DNA of 64,000 nucleotides from Massalongia carnosa (Eukaryota): NCBI GenBank assembly GCA_965645245.1, contig OZ287078.1, positions 124,001 to 188,000 of the forward strand, read 5' to 3'. Shown piece by piece: positions 13,398 to 26,174 of this stretch (position 1 is its first letter; each line of letters starts with the position of its first letter). The notes under the pieces were generated by a model. It saw only the letters and a program-made list of their open reading frames with translations, ran no database searches and was not told where the DNA came from. The position numbers and the translations under genes were made by a program.

Positions 13398-16300
13398 TGA
13401 CCATTTAATGATGCCACCTGCAGCGCATTGCCACAAATCCGCCTTGTGCGTTAACGTCCGCCCCCTTACTCAACAATAATTGCACCATCTTCTCGTGACC
13501 ATACCGTGATGCCGCCTGCAGCGCATTGCCATAATATCCGCCTTGCGCCTTAACGTCCGCTCCTTTGTTCAACAGAATTATGATAATAGAAAGATGACCG
13601 TTCTCAGCTACAATCTGTAGCAATGATATATCTTTATTACGTGTCTCTACATCGAAAACCGCCGTTTCCCACCAATCTGATATGATTTTATTGAACCCAA
13701 ACGCCGATGCTGCCAGCAAAGTCGATGGAGATGGACTGAGCATATCAAAAAATCTATAGACCAGACTACTATATAAACCGTACTTATGATGAATGTCTCT
13801 ATTGAATATATCTTTAGCTATCATTTCATGCCAACTTTTATGTGCAGGGCCGCTTTGGTTAAGGGATCCAAGGAATTGCTTTAAAATTGTCGATAAACGA
13901 GAATCAATACTTTCTTCCTCGTGGTTTTGTACGTGATCTGCCCAAAAATATCTTGCGTAACGAACAATGTCGTTCAATACTTTGTTTTCGTCTTGCAATT
14001 CCGTATCCCGTTTTTGTTGAACTGGATCATTCAACAAAGACAGACATACTTTCGCTATGAGAGCATTCGCATCATGATAACTCCAGTGTTTTTCCAAATA
14101 CTCCTGAACGGATAAGTGGGAAAATCGACAGATATTTAGCTGGGAATCCACAACAATTAAGTTCTGACAAGCGTCGAGAACAAAATCGATATCGATATCC
14201 ACAGCGTCAACGACATCCGTGTTGGGATCTTGGCATACCCCAGCGACTAGTGCTGCTGGCGATAAGGGTTTCCCGGAACACATGATCCATTGAAATGCAC
14301 GGTTGGCAATATCGGACGCGCTTCCACCTTGGGTCTGAATTCTTCGATATATTTCGTCATATGCCGCATCAAGGTCGTTAGGAGGTTTACCTAGTTACTC
14401 TTCAATATCGCGTCTACGGGGCGGGAGTTTATGTAGTTGGATAATCTGCAGAGACGCCCACTGAAACCTATTCTAATCTTAGAAAATCAATACTAGTGGC
14501 TAACACTTTATAATAACTTACATTCCGTCACTTTTGCTCACCAACGTCTCGGAGATGAGCTCTCTAAGTTCGGAACTTATCTTGCAGTACCATTCCTTTT
14601 TATCTCTAATCTTATCGTCAACAACTTTTGCTATGTCCTTCTCATTATCCGTTGCCCTGATTTCCATGTTTGGTCCACCACTAAATTGGTGTTTGATATC
14701 TAGGTCTGGTCGGCTCGAGATGAAAACTTTTACCAAGTTAAAAGACTTGCCGCTGACCAAGATGTCTAAAATTTCCATGAAAGAGGCCCTCGTTTCCTTG
14801 TTGCACTCATCCAAAGCGTCCAAAACTAACGTGATTTGTGGATAAATTTCCGTCAGCTGAAGAAGAAGATCGAAACTTTCCTCAATCTTGAGCCCTCCTG
14901 AGGCAAAGCCATTTTTTTGTGCTATTTCATACTTTTGAATGATTGGACGCTGAATCGTGTTAATGCTTTCGACCCCTGACAGTTGTCTACAAAGCTGCTC
15001 ATTATTAGGGCTGGGTCTTGACGATTAGACTGATTGCGATCGCAGTAAAAGTAGGCCAGCGCTTCGTCATTCGATTGCTGAGTAAAAGTTGTAATCAAGT
15101 CATCGACGACTGTCGACACGAGTTTAGTTTTGCCAGCGCCAGCTGATGGACACAGTCAGTAAAATTGCTAGACATGGCATAGAGACTTACGCATCCCGTG
15201 CAGCCATAATATTGTCGATGTGCTAGAAGCACGCCATTCTACATATCGTTCATGATCCAGCAACCACTTTCCTGTTCCGTTTGTCCATCCTTTGCGAGCA
15301 ACATAGTGGATTTCCTCGTATGGAATGTCGGATACCCAAGAAAGTATTTTATTTCGCTTGTCCACTTCATACTCATCGCTCAAAGTACCCACTCGGGCAT
15401 CGACACGCAAGATTGGAAGTTTCAAATCTTCTAGCAAGCTCTCAAGCTTCGTATTTGTTTCCCGATCTTGTATGCGATCTAAATATCTTGCCTCCGTAAC
15501 TACTTGCGCTTCTAAGTTTTTACAAGTCTCGACAAACCCAAGAACTTCCGGACTTAACAAACTTCCCAGGATTCGAGAAATAAAGCTTCGATCGTACAAC
15601 TGCTTCGAACTGGCCAAGAATCTTAATATAGCGCTATACTAAGCTACCAATGCCATTTTCAGGTTCGCCGTGGCCGGTGTGACCGGTTCGAATGGCTTAG
15701 GACGAAGGTAAAGCAGCTCATATATAGTGCACCGATTAATAAGTTGCGTCACCTTCTCTCCGCCAATAAGTAAAGCTGCCATCAACTCGCTTTCTCCTAC
15801 AGCAATCTTCTCCAGAGTCAGGTCTTCTCAATTCATGTCAAAGAAGGATCCATTCTTACCTGAAGCAAAAACCCGACTCCCGCCCATGGCAACGCAGCAT
15901 GAACAGGATCAAAATTTACCACGACGTCTCCAATTTCCTTGAATTTGTTGAGTCCAACGATGATTTTCTCTGCTAAATCGCGAAGGATTATCTCTTGGCC
16001 TTGAAGATTGAATTTCCATCGTTTCTTGAGGCATTCATCTCGCTTCTGCTGAATGACATCGCGTAACTGTTCTACAATCTCTAGTTTCGGATCCAGGTTG
16101 ATCTGTTGAATTGCCTCTTTCTCCTTCGACGACAGTTTCTGCAGTGCAAAGTTCCAAAGATTATTCTGAACATCCTTATCTTGCGCACCCGCTGAGGAAG
16201 ATGCTTTGATGGGTTTCGCCTCTTCAGTTGAATTCGGAGCAGATCCAGATTTCGGATTCACCTTGACAGTTGACGTCGGGATAGAGGCAGAATCAGGTCT

Positions 16301-16426
16301 CGTTGTTTTTGATGAGGAAGATTCTTCCGGAGGAGTTCCAGTAGAGTCCTGTTTTGTCTTACTAGCCTTGTGACCGAACAAGGACCTAAATCGCTCCCGT
16401 TTCCTTTCACGCGCAGGGCTTTCCAT
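13398..16426 (-). pseudogene. Fungal NLR pseudogene: helical N-terminal domain (Goodbye/NACHT_N-like) + NACHT + ankyrin repeats, 3'-truncated
   Basis: HAALPWAGV; LWLHGM|AGAGKT split by an intron; LDALDEC Walker B; FSHLSVQEYL; ADVKAQGGYYGNALQAAS ankyrins; in-frame TAG near 15639, frameshift near 14980, ends mid-ankyrin at the Tc1 end. Confidence 0.85.
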
Positions 16427-18672
16427 CGGATACTACTCTAGTAATGATAACTAACAGTAGATTGAAAAATATGACACAGGGCTTTGGCCTGGCAACAGTG
16501 GAGTCAAGAAATGGATGCTAAGCTGTAATTATGTTCAAGAGAGTGTTGAGAAGATGGGCGCAGCCTGCTTCTTGCTTAGCAATGATTGGTTCGGCACATC
16601 ATGCATTGGGGTGCATCTGGGCGGCGGAGTCAAGACACATCATCGCCAATGAAATCCGAGGCATGCCCGTCATCGTTGGTCAATCAGATGAGGCTAAGTT
16701 AAGCCTTCGTTCGATTTCCATAGGGATTCGATGTTAAGAACAGAAGCCAAAAGCTGAAATATCTTCTGGCCCTCCGAGACATCAGGTAGCACGGATACTA
16801 GATAAATCTTAGCACTCAGCTTTATCTCTTAGGGAGATTCATGTAACATAAGTAAGTCGGCGCTAATCCGGAAGTACTATGCAGGCTGATACTAACATTT
16901 GTACTAGTGTCAAAACGCTGATCGAAGAGACTAACATTTGAGCGTGACAAATTTCTTGTGCAAGGTACACTTTCCGTATTTCGCATTTCGCACCAGGATT
17001 CTGTAAGTTCCAAAACGCTTAACGCCATCCCTTGTAGGAGCTGCGTGTTGTAGGAGCTGCGTGGCTTGTTTCTCTCCCTCTCTTCACTCTGCCTTGTCTC
17101 TTCTTCTCTCATCCTCTCTCATCCTCTCTCGTCTTATCCTCCTAACCCCCTAAAAATATCAACTCTCCCACGCCGTCGTATCCTAACTTCTCAACTTAGT
17201 CAACAGGCACTAAGATGCAATCATGGTTCTTGTCCAAATCCAGAAGCTGATCCTTATTTTGTTCCGTTGAGCTCGCTCTTGGCTTTGAAGAGTATCAAAG
17301 CTGAGGACTGTGCTCGGCATGGTTGATATGATATGCGGTGGTCGAGAAGAAGTGGATCATGATGACTGCTGAGCGACTGCGGGCCGATTGAGTTGATTGT
17401 AGAGCGAGTGAGAGTACCGAAATCTTTATTCTGAGTAGCAGGTGTTCGTAGTCCTTCACTTGTTCGACATCCTGTTGGCTGATGTGTTGTCGCAGGTGAA
17501 CCGATATCATAACATGGCTCAGGAATGGCAGACAATGTGGGTGCTACGAATGTAGCTGGGGCAGATGAAACGGACGGAGCAAATAAAACGGACGGAGCAG
17601 ATAAAACGGACGGAGCAGATAACGCAGACTGAACAATTGAAATCGCAGGAGAGATAGGTGAGCTAGGCTGAGCAGCCTATGAGAGGGCGTGTCGGCGCGA
17701 ATGAGACGAAGTCATAAGATGACTAGAAAGGTGCAGTTGCTGCGAATGAGACTGCTGAAGTTTCTAGTATGTTCACGATGAGACACACTGTACTAACATT
17801 AGTATGAGAAGATTTATACACAAGGTATCTTTATGGGATCTTTCTTTCATGAGGAAGCAATGTGTGTGGGGCAGTATTGAATGTGATTCAGAAAGTAGTG
17901 CAACCTGCTTGTTAGCTTGGTAGGCGTTGAAGCCAGGCAGAAAGGCGTAAAGAGCGATGAAGTTCTTCATCTCCCATATCGGGACCTGCTTAACTTTTCC
18001 AGCTCCTGATTCAGGAGCTGAAAAGCACTCGTCACACATAGCTGATCAACAGGAGAAACAGGACTATCAACTACAGAGTCTAGACCCTTCGCTCATCTTC
18101 TGAAATAGCTGCCTTCTCTTGCCATGTTTCAATCAGATGTGAAGCTCGTCGACTGACGATCAAGAAGGAATTCGTGTCATGCATAATATGAACCTCAACG
18201 ACAAATAATTGTTCAGTTGAATTGTCGAAATGAAGGATAGCTTTTCTTCACATCGAACTCTCTGACGTGATATGATCAAGGTCAAATGCGCATTTTCGTC
18301 TGATATTGAAATCGATTGTCTTTCAATCTGAAGTCTTGTTGTCTTGCTTCATCTCAGAGCCGCATTCGTTGCGTATAACTGAATACGGACTGTTTTCCAT
18401 CTCTCTCTTCATGTCATCGGCCTGAGCCGGTCACAAGGCTTGTCATCTGTTTGAAGGGCCATAGAAATTTTCTGTTGTACAAGCATCAATAAGTGTCAGA
18501 AGTTCAGCCATCACGGTACGAGCAAATGAGACAGATCAAGCATAATTGAAGTTTTCTAACAGGATCTCTAGATACTCTGTCGCTTCTCAAGACGACGTAT
18601 CATTGTGAAGGAGATCGTCACCGAAACCCGATAAACAATGAAGAAGCTTCTCTCAACTGGGCCATTGCATTT

Positions 18673-21600
18673 TTACCCACCAGACAACATTTTTGCAATC
18701 TTGTCATGTCCATTTTCCTTGGCCACCGACAGCGGAGTTTTTCCATCTATATCTTCGAGAGTACGATCTGCCCCTGCTGTCAGCAATAGTCTCACGATAT
18801 TTTCGCTACCTCCTGCTGCTGCCCAAAAGATAGGAGGCCGCCCAGATATGCTCTCCGCATTGACGTCGACAATTTTAGTAAAGAGTAGTAGTTGAACTAC
18901 TCTAAGGTGGCCATTTGCTGCGGAAATCCAAAGTGGAGACACATGCCGAGAATTTTTTAGATCAGGTTTGACCCCTTCTGTTAGTAGTTTTTGGATTGTA
19001 TCCGCCTTTCCAAATTTTGCTGCGTTATAAAACTGGGCGATCGACCATTCTTCTTTAGAAGGGGAGATCTTAAACTTTTCTTCGATTATTTTTAAGACCC
19101 CATCTTGCCCGCATGTCGCAGCTGCCTTCACCACCTCTTCCGTAATCATTACATCTGCCCCGCGCTGCTCAAGCAAGAGCGTCATCACCTCTTTCCCATT
19201 TGCCTCATTTCCCGCCGCTGCCTTCACCACCTCTTCTGTAATCATCACATCTGCCCCGCGCTGCTCAAGCAAGAGCGTCATCACCTCTTTCCCATTCCCG
19301 AAATTTCCCGCCGCTGCCTTCACCACCTCTTCCGTAATCATCACATCTGTCCCGCGCTGCTCAAGCAAGAGCGTCATCACCTCTTTCCCATTTTCCTCAT
19401 TTCCCGCCGCTGCCTTCACCACCTCTTCCGTAATCATCACATCTGCCTCGCGCTGCTCAAGCAAGAGCGTCATCACCTCTTTCCCATCCCAGAAATTTCC
19501 CGCCGCTGCCTTCACCACCTCTTCCGTAATCATTACATCTGCCCCGCGCTGCTCAAGCAAGAGCGTCATCACCTCTTTCCCATTTGCCTCATTTCCCGCC
19601 GCTGCCTTCACCACCTCTTCTGTAATCATCACATCTGCCCCGCGCTGCTCAAGCAAGAGCGTCATCACCTCTTTCCCATTCCCGAAATTTCCCGCCGCTG
19701 CCTTCACCACCTCTTCCGTAATCATCACATCTGTCCCGCGCTGCTCAAGCAAGAGCGTCATCACCTCTTTCCCATTTTCCTCATTTCCCGCCGCTGCCTT
19801 CACCACCTCTTCCGTAATCATCACATCTGCCTCGCGCTGCTCAAGCAAGAGCGTCATCACCTCTTTCCCATCCCAGAAATTTCCCGCCGCTGCCTTCACC
19901 ACCTCTTCCGTAATCATCACATCTGCCCCGCGCTGCTCAAGCAAGAGCGTCATCACCTCTTTCCCATTCCTGGAATTTCCCGCCGCTGCCTTCACCACCT
20001 CTTCCGTAATCATCACATCTGCCCCGCGCTGCTCAAGCAAGAGCGTCATCACCTCTTTCCCATTTTCCTCATTTCCCGCCGCTGCCTTCACCACCTCTTC
20101 CGTAATCATCACATCTGCCCCACGCTGCTCAAGCAAGAGCGTCATCGCCTCTTTCCCATCCCAGAAATTTCCCGCCGCTGCCTTCACCACCTCTTCCGTA
20201 ATCATCACATCTGCCCCGCGCTGCTCAAGCAAGAGCGTCAGCACCTCTTTCCCAAACATCCTTGCAATTGTCTTCACCACCTCTTCCGTAATCATCACAT
20301 CTGCCCCGCGCTGCTCAAGCAAGAGCGTCAGCACCTCTTTCCCATTCCCGAAATTTCTCGCCGCTGCCTTCACCACCTCTTCCGTAATCATCACATCTGC
20401 CCCGCGCTGCTCAAGCAAGAGCGTCATCACCTCTTTCCCATTCCCGAAATTTCTCGCCGCTGCCTTCACCACCTCTTCCGTAATCATCACATCTGCCCCG
20501 CGCTGCTCAAGCAAGAGCGTCATCACCTCTTTCCCATCCCAGAAATTTCCCGCCGCTGCCTTCACCACCTCTTCTGTAATTATCACATCTGCCCCGCGCT
20601 GCTCAAGCAAGAGCGTCAGCACCTCTTTCCCAAACATCCTTGCAATTGTCTTCACCACCTCTTCCGTAATCATCACATCTGCCCCGCGCTGCTCAAGCAA
20701 GAGCGTCATCACCTCTTTCCCATTTTCCTCATTTCCCGCCGCTGTCTTCACCACCTCTTCCGTAATCACTACATCTTCCCCGCGCTGCTCAAGCAAGAGC
20801 GTCATCAACTCTTTCCCACTTCGCTCATTTCCTGCCGCTGCCTTCACCACCTCTTCCGTAATCATCACATCTGCCCCGCGCTGCTCAAGCAAGAGCGTCA
20901 TCACCTCTTTCCCATTCCCGAAATTTCTCGCCGCTGCCTTTACCACCTCTTCCGTAATTATCACATCTGCCCCGCGCTGCTCAAGCAAGAGCGTCATCAC
21001 CTCTTTCCCATCCCAGAAATTTCCCGCCGCTGCCTTCACCACCTCTTCTGTAATCATCACATCTGCCCCGCGCTGCTCAAGCAAGAGCGTCATCAGCTTT
21101 TTTCCACTTCTGGAGTTCTCCGCCGCTGCCTTCACCACCTCTTCCGTAATCACTACATCTGCCCCGCGCTGCTCAAGCAAGAGCGTCATCACCTTTTTCC
21201 CATTCCAGTAATTCCCCGCCGCTGCCTTCACCACCTCTTCCGTAATCATCACATCTGCCCCGCGCTGCTCAAGCAAGAGCGTCATCACCTCTTTCCCATT
21301 CCCGAAATTTCTCGCCGCTGCCTTCACCACCTCTTCCGTAATCATCACATCTGCCCCGCGCTGCTCAAGCAAGAGCGTCAGCACCTCTTTCCCATTCCTG
21401 GAATTTCCCGCCGCTGCCTTCACCACCTCTTCCGTAATCATCACATCTGCCCCGCGCTGCTCAAGCAAGAGCGTCATCACCTCTTTCCCATTCCTGGAAT
21501 TTCCCGCCGCTGCCTTCACCACCTCTTCCGTAATCATCACATCTGGCCCGCGCTGCTCAAGTAAGAGCATCATAACTTGTTTCCCCTTTTCCTTATTTCC

Positions 21601-23798
21601 TGCCGCTGCCTTCACTACCTCTTCCGGTATTATGATAAGCTTATCTTTAAGCAAGATCGAAACTACATCACAGCTACCATATTTAACAGCAATTTTCAAA
21701 GGTGTCTGACCCTGAGTGTTCACTATGTTATCTCCGAAATTTGCTCGGATTCTTGCAATTTCCTGCAAATCAAAACAGGAGGCAATAAAGAGAGCTCTGC
21801 TCTCTTTAGCGCTAGTGTTATTTAATTTATTCCGTAGTTTCGATTCAATCGAGTAATCGTTAAGCCGTTCCTTAATCAAGCTAGCCCATACAACAGCAGC
21901 GGAATCTGAGTCCGATTCGTTGGAGAGAAAATGACAAAGGAGGTCGTTAAGCACATCGGCAGTCCTTTGTTTAGCAGCTAGCTGACAATGCGGAGCCCAG
22001 TAGACAGTCGAGTAGTGTCTAAGGTCATGTGAAAGAGTTGAGTTTAATGAAGCTTGTCCGTACTTAGAAAGAAGTCTTTTTGTTGTTGGGTTGTTGGCAG
22101 TACTTAGTACTTCGAAAAGACATGTCTCAGCAGCCAGGGCGTTTGTCGCTTCTTTAGTATATTCTGGCCGCTTCTCCAAAAATTCTCTCACCGACAGATG
22201 GGCAAATCGAAACATATCGAGCGTTGAATCGAAAATAACCATGTTAGAGCACATCTCCAAAATATGCTCTTTTGTCAGCTGGCTGAACTGTCGCCGTGGA
22301 GTCGTTGATATTGCCGCGAGAAATTCTCCAGATGTCAGCGTCCTCTGGGCGCAGAGGAGCCAGCTGAAAGCATTGATAGTGACTTCGCGATCGGCGTTTG
22401 CTGAGGTTTTGGTCAACTTCTCGTATAGCTCAAGATAAAGGTCTTCCAGCTTTGGTGGCAGTTGCCCGAGCCTTTCCCGAATAGCTTCATCAGTCCGAGC
22501 GCTGCATAAGCTTTGCAGTTGGAGGCTAGCCCACCGGAACCTGGTGATCACATTAGTTGGGCATAAACATGGCTCGCATTGCTGGACAGTACTGACATCC
22601 CATCAGCCTTTTTTGTGACCTGTTCAATAATCTCGATCTTCAACTTCTCCTTGTTGGTGCTTAAAGCTAGTAGCCTCTTCCTCTTGATAAGGTTGTCGGT
22701 CTCAGCGGTAATAAACGACGAGATATCATCCTTGTTCATTTTAGATGAGAGCTCAAGATTAGAGCAGTCTCGCAAAGACAAAACAATATCTTGATCATTT
22801 CGACTCGACACAAAGATCTTCACCAAGCTTGAGGACTCTTGAAGAATTGATTGTAAGGTTTCCAAAAGAACTGTCCGTCTCTCTGGGTCGCACTCGTCAA
22901 GCGCATCGATCACAATGGTTGTTAATTGATAAGACTTGGCAAGCTGGAGGATTAGTAGACGACTCTCATTTATACCTAATGATTCCGAGGTGGATCCCTC
23001 CATTTCTCGTTTCTCGTAGGCTGCCACCGTTGGAGGGAGTAGAGAGTGTCCCGGTTGACGGCTAGACAATTGCCGTGCGATAGTCGCTACGATTGCATCA
23101 GGGTTTGAACGCGCAGGTTCAGCGGTGTTTCGTGAACAGTAGAAAAAGACTGGAGCTGGGCTTTGGCCATTATCGAAGGCTTTTTTGGCATCTTCAATCA
23201 CAATAGATCTATGTTAACCGTAAGCATTTATCTTTCCGAGATAGCTGTACAGTACTCACACCAGCTTGCTCTTCCCAGAACCTGGAATCCCATGAAGCCA
23301 CAAGATAGAAGATACCCTTTCTTTCTTCCACGTTTTGAAAACTGGATTCGAAAGCAGCCATTGTCCAGTACCCTGTAACACTTCTTCATTGGTCTGATTA
23401 TGATGTTGTCTATATGGTACGGTGGACATCCAGTCTAGAATCTTATTTCTCTTTGATGCTAAGGCTCATGAGTTGAGGCTCTGATGTTGATTTTAACAAC
23501 TTACACTCAAAATCATCTTTAATTTTTTTTATTCATTAGTAAGATTTCAGAAAATAGAAGTCCAATCGAGTCACAGGACGCTATATCATTGCGAATGGCG
23601 ACTTGCCTGGATATTGAACAATATTGTTAGTCTGAGAGCCTAATCAGGATTTAGCATAAGCTCAATATCGATGTGAACAGGACGAAAACCAATCACGTTC
23701 GCATTGCCTGAGATGTTACCCATCACAACGCCTTGGTTGCCAGAAATCGTGCCAAAACCCTTCGTGCCTGTAGAGACTACTGGCGTGTTACCGGCCAT
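18673..23798 (-). CDS. Apparently intact fungal NLR (about 1610 aa): short G/N-rich N-terminus, NACHT, 26 tandem 32/30-aa helical repeats, C-terminal ankyrins
   Basis: Exon model 23798-23690, 23639-23607, 23516-23505, 23458-23260, 23208-22597, 22540-18673 sums to 4833 nt without stops; Walker A GIPGSGKS, Walker B IVIDALDEC, GMFRWA, FAHLSVREFL. The first three exons are less certain. Confidence 0.9.
19110..21630 (-). repeat. Coding tandem array of 96-nt units (two 90-nt variants)
   Basis: Unit MITEEVVKAAAGNxxxGKEVMTLLLEQRGADV; 26 full units plus one partial. Confidence 0.97.
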
Positions 23799-24128
23799 TG
23801 CTGCGTCGGAAGATTGTAGACATTAGAGCTCGGAGCTATATTGAATAAGACTTGAAAACCATTACCTTTACCGTGCTCAGGACCGCACCTACTCTAGGCT
23901 CGGCCGGAAACTCGACGCCCAAGACTTTCTAAAAGCACTGTTCATCTCTAAGTATAAATATATGCACGGACTCGCCGATGGAGGCCCCGCCATCATGCGG
24001 GATAGATGGCTGATAGAGCCAAGGCTATGCATGTGCTGAAGCGCCTGATCTCTCCATGCAGGCGGTATCACAATTATCTCGCATAAGTTAAAATTTGAAG
24101 CACGACACCTCTGTAGTATTGCGCCAGC
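23799..24128. promoter_or_regulatory. Probable shared bidirectional promoter region
   Basis: 330 bp between divergent ATGs; TATAAATATA near 23953; possible 5'-UTR intron of the NLR (about 23865-23801). Confidence 0.5.
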
Positions 24129-25355
24129 ATGGCCGAACCGTACGGATTAGGCGAACCCCTCTTTGATTCTCTAGACGCGAATATAGAGTACGCACCAGAT
24201 GTCATTTCTCGTCCGGGTTGCTTTGTATTGACCAAACAGTATTGTCTTCGTCCACGGGCTCGGCGGCGACAGTGTGAAAACTTGGACATGGGAGGGTCGA
24301 GATAGATCGCTGTTGTGGCCGCAAGATCTCTTACCTAAAGCCTGCCCAACAGCTCGCATCCTTTCTTTTGGGTACAATGCGGACTTTGCTCACTTCTATC
24401 CGTTTGTTGGACCGAAATTCATCCCGGAGCATTTGACTATTGATGATCACGCGACTGCAATGTTCCAGAGCCTAATCGGTCTCCGCGAGAAAACCAAAAC
24501 TGTAGGAATCGGCGCACCCCTACCCTTTCCACCAGAAATATGCTAATAGGATGTCTATGTCTAGGCTGAACGGCCGATTATTTTCGTCTCGCGCAGCCTA
24601 GGGGGTCTCGTGTGCGCCAATGCGTTGTCAAGGCACAATGGTACCGACATTGCTAGCACTACCCTCGTAGAGAGAACGATTGGAGTCGTCTTCCTTGGAA
24701 CGCCCTTTGAGGGATCGTCAAAAGTGAAATGGGGAAGCAGGGCTCTACAGATACTGGGCTGGATAAGCACCACGCATAAGCAGGATATAAAGGATCTTGA
24801 AGAGCGTTCGGCAAAGCTCATCAGCGTTAACGAGGCCTTTCAGAAATTCCTGAAAGCACGGGATCGTTCAGAATCAAGAGAGTTTGTGGAAGTAGCTTGC
24901 TTCTTTGAACAGTATGCTATGTACAAGGGAGGGACGAAGATGGGGTTTATCGTGCCCAAGGAATCGGCTTGCCTGCCTAGTAGCGATCCACAGTCGATCC
25001 AGGCGAATCATGTTGATATGTGCAAGTTTGAGGATGAAGACCGAGAGGGATACAAGGAGAATTTCACAAAAGTTGGTTCAATGGATATCGGATCTTGATA
25101 GTCGATCCAAGGGGTCTGGAGAGGATCGCCAGGTCTGACATCTCTTTCGCTCGCTTGAAGTTAGCTGAAAATCAACAGAAACATTCGGTTCGTATGGGCG
25201 ATGTTAACTTTAGGGACAAAATCGATAACAATCGAGGTTTGATTATGGATCATGCAAACAGTACGGCCACAGACGGGGTTAGGATAACTGGAAGTGATAT
25301 CACTGTAGGGATCACCTATCCTTTCGATAGCGATGTAAAAGCTGATAGAACATGA
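24129..25355 (+). CDS. SesB-like alpha/beta-hydrolase with a C-terminal extension on its own exon; one frameshift near 25057 (possible pseudogene or sequence error)
   Basis: DIVFVHGLGG, WPQDLLP, ARILSFGYNA, RPIIFVSRSLGGLV, VFLGTPFEGS, ANHVDMCKF; introns 24189-24239, 24502-24564, 25133-25178. Confidence 0.85.
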
Positions 25356-25885
25356 AGAATACTTATCATGGCATTAACCCAAAAGGCTCTGTGTAGACCG
25401 AGGGATAGGCAATGGCGGAACTACTAGTCAACATTGCGGAGTCATTCTAGGAAACTATTCAGGAAAATGAAATAATCAATTGACTTTTTGACGTCTTTCA
25501 AAACAATGTTTTTTTGCGCAGTCATCAGCTTCGGGTGAAAGTTGACTCCTTGTGAGACGTGAAGAGCTCGCATGACAAGAGTTCCAAGCTTCAAATATGC
25601 CGCAGCTAGAAGGGGCCTCTTAGCAGAGAATGCTTATCCAACTTATATCCGATCTCTGAATCCTGCCCTTGCTTCCGTAAGCACTTCAGAACAAAAGTCT
25701 GACAAGATCTTAAATCATTATTGAATGAATAAGCATCTTACTTCATTGAGCTACGTAGATGCAATGATGGAGATTTTCAAAGACGTATAATCAGTGCTTA
25801 CGCCTGTCGAGCCTTTGATAAAGTACGCTAAAATTGTAAAGCGATTGAGCATCACAATCGACGACATAGCTGAAGATGAGACGAG

Positions 25886-26174
25886 TGTTAAATGGTGAGG
25901 CTACCATCGGTTAGATGGTTAGGCTACCATCAATATAGGCATCCATCGTGAGTCCCACGGGTGTTTGCCAGGCATCTATAAGAGGTGCCTAATAGGCAGT
26001 TATGAGGTGCTTAACAGCAGCTATGGGAGGCATACAGCATTACTGTTATGTGACTGCTATAAAAGCAGGTAGATAGCCCACAGATAATTACCTTCAATGA
26101 TAATCATGCTATTATACCTACACGTGAATTTTACTATTCATCAACGAGCAATTACAATACATCAAGTCCTGACA
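25886..26174 (+). repeat. Possible solo LTR or LTR remnant
   Basis: TGTT...GACA ends, TATAAAA box; about 55 bp (26087-26141) recurs at 46536-46590; no TSD found. Confidence 0.35.

Noticed and set aside
16820..18600. Degenerate region with an 18-bp triple repeat (about 17568-17620) and a palindrome (18000-18020)
   Set aside because: Probably decayed TE or gene, but no motif could be identified; I looked for a third HeLo-like partner gene here and found none
19105..21564. 819-aa His/Cys-rich ORF on the + strand
   Set aside because: Antisense shadow of the NLR repeat array; it starts and ends with the repeat, whose unit lacks stops in that frame
19110..21630. CRISPR-like array
   Set aside because: Variable part is only about 9-12 nt, reused between units and in frame within a eukaryotic gene; no cas genes
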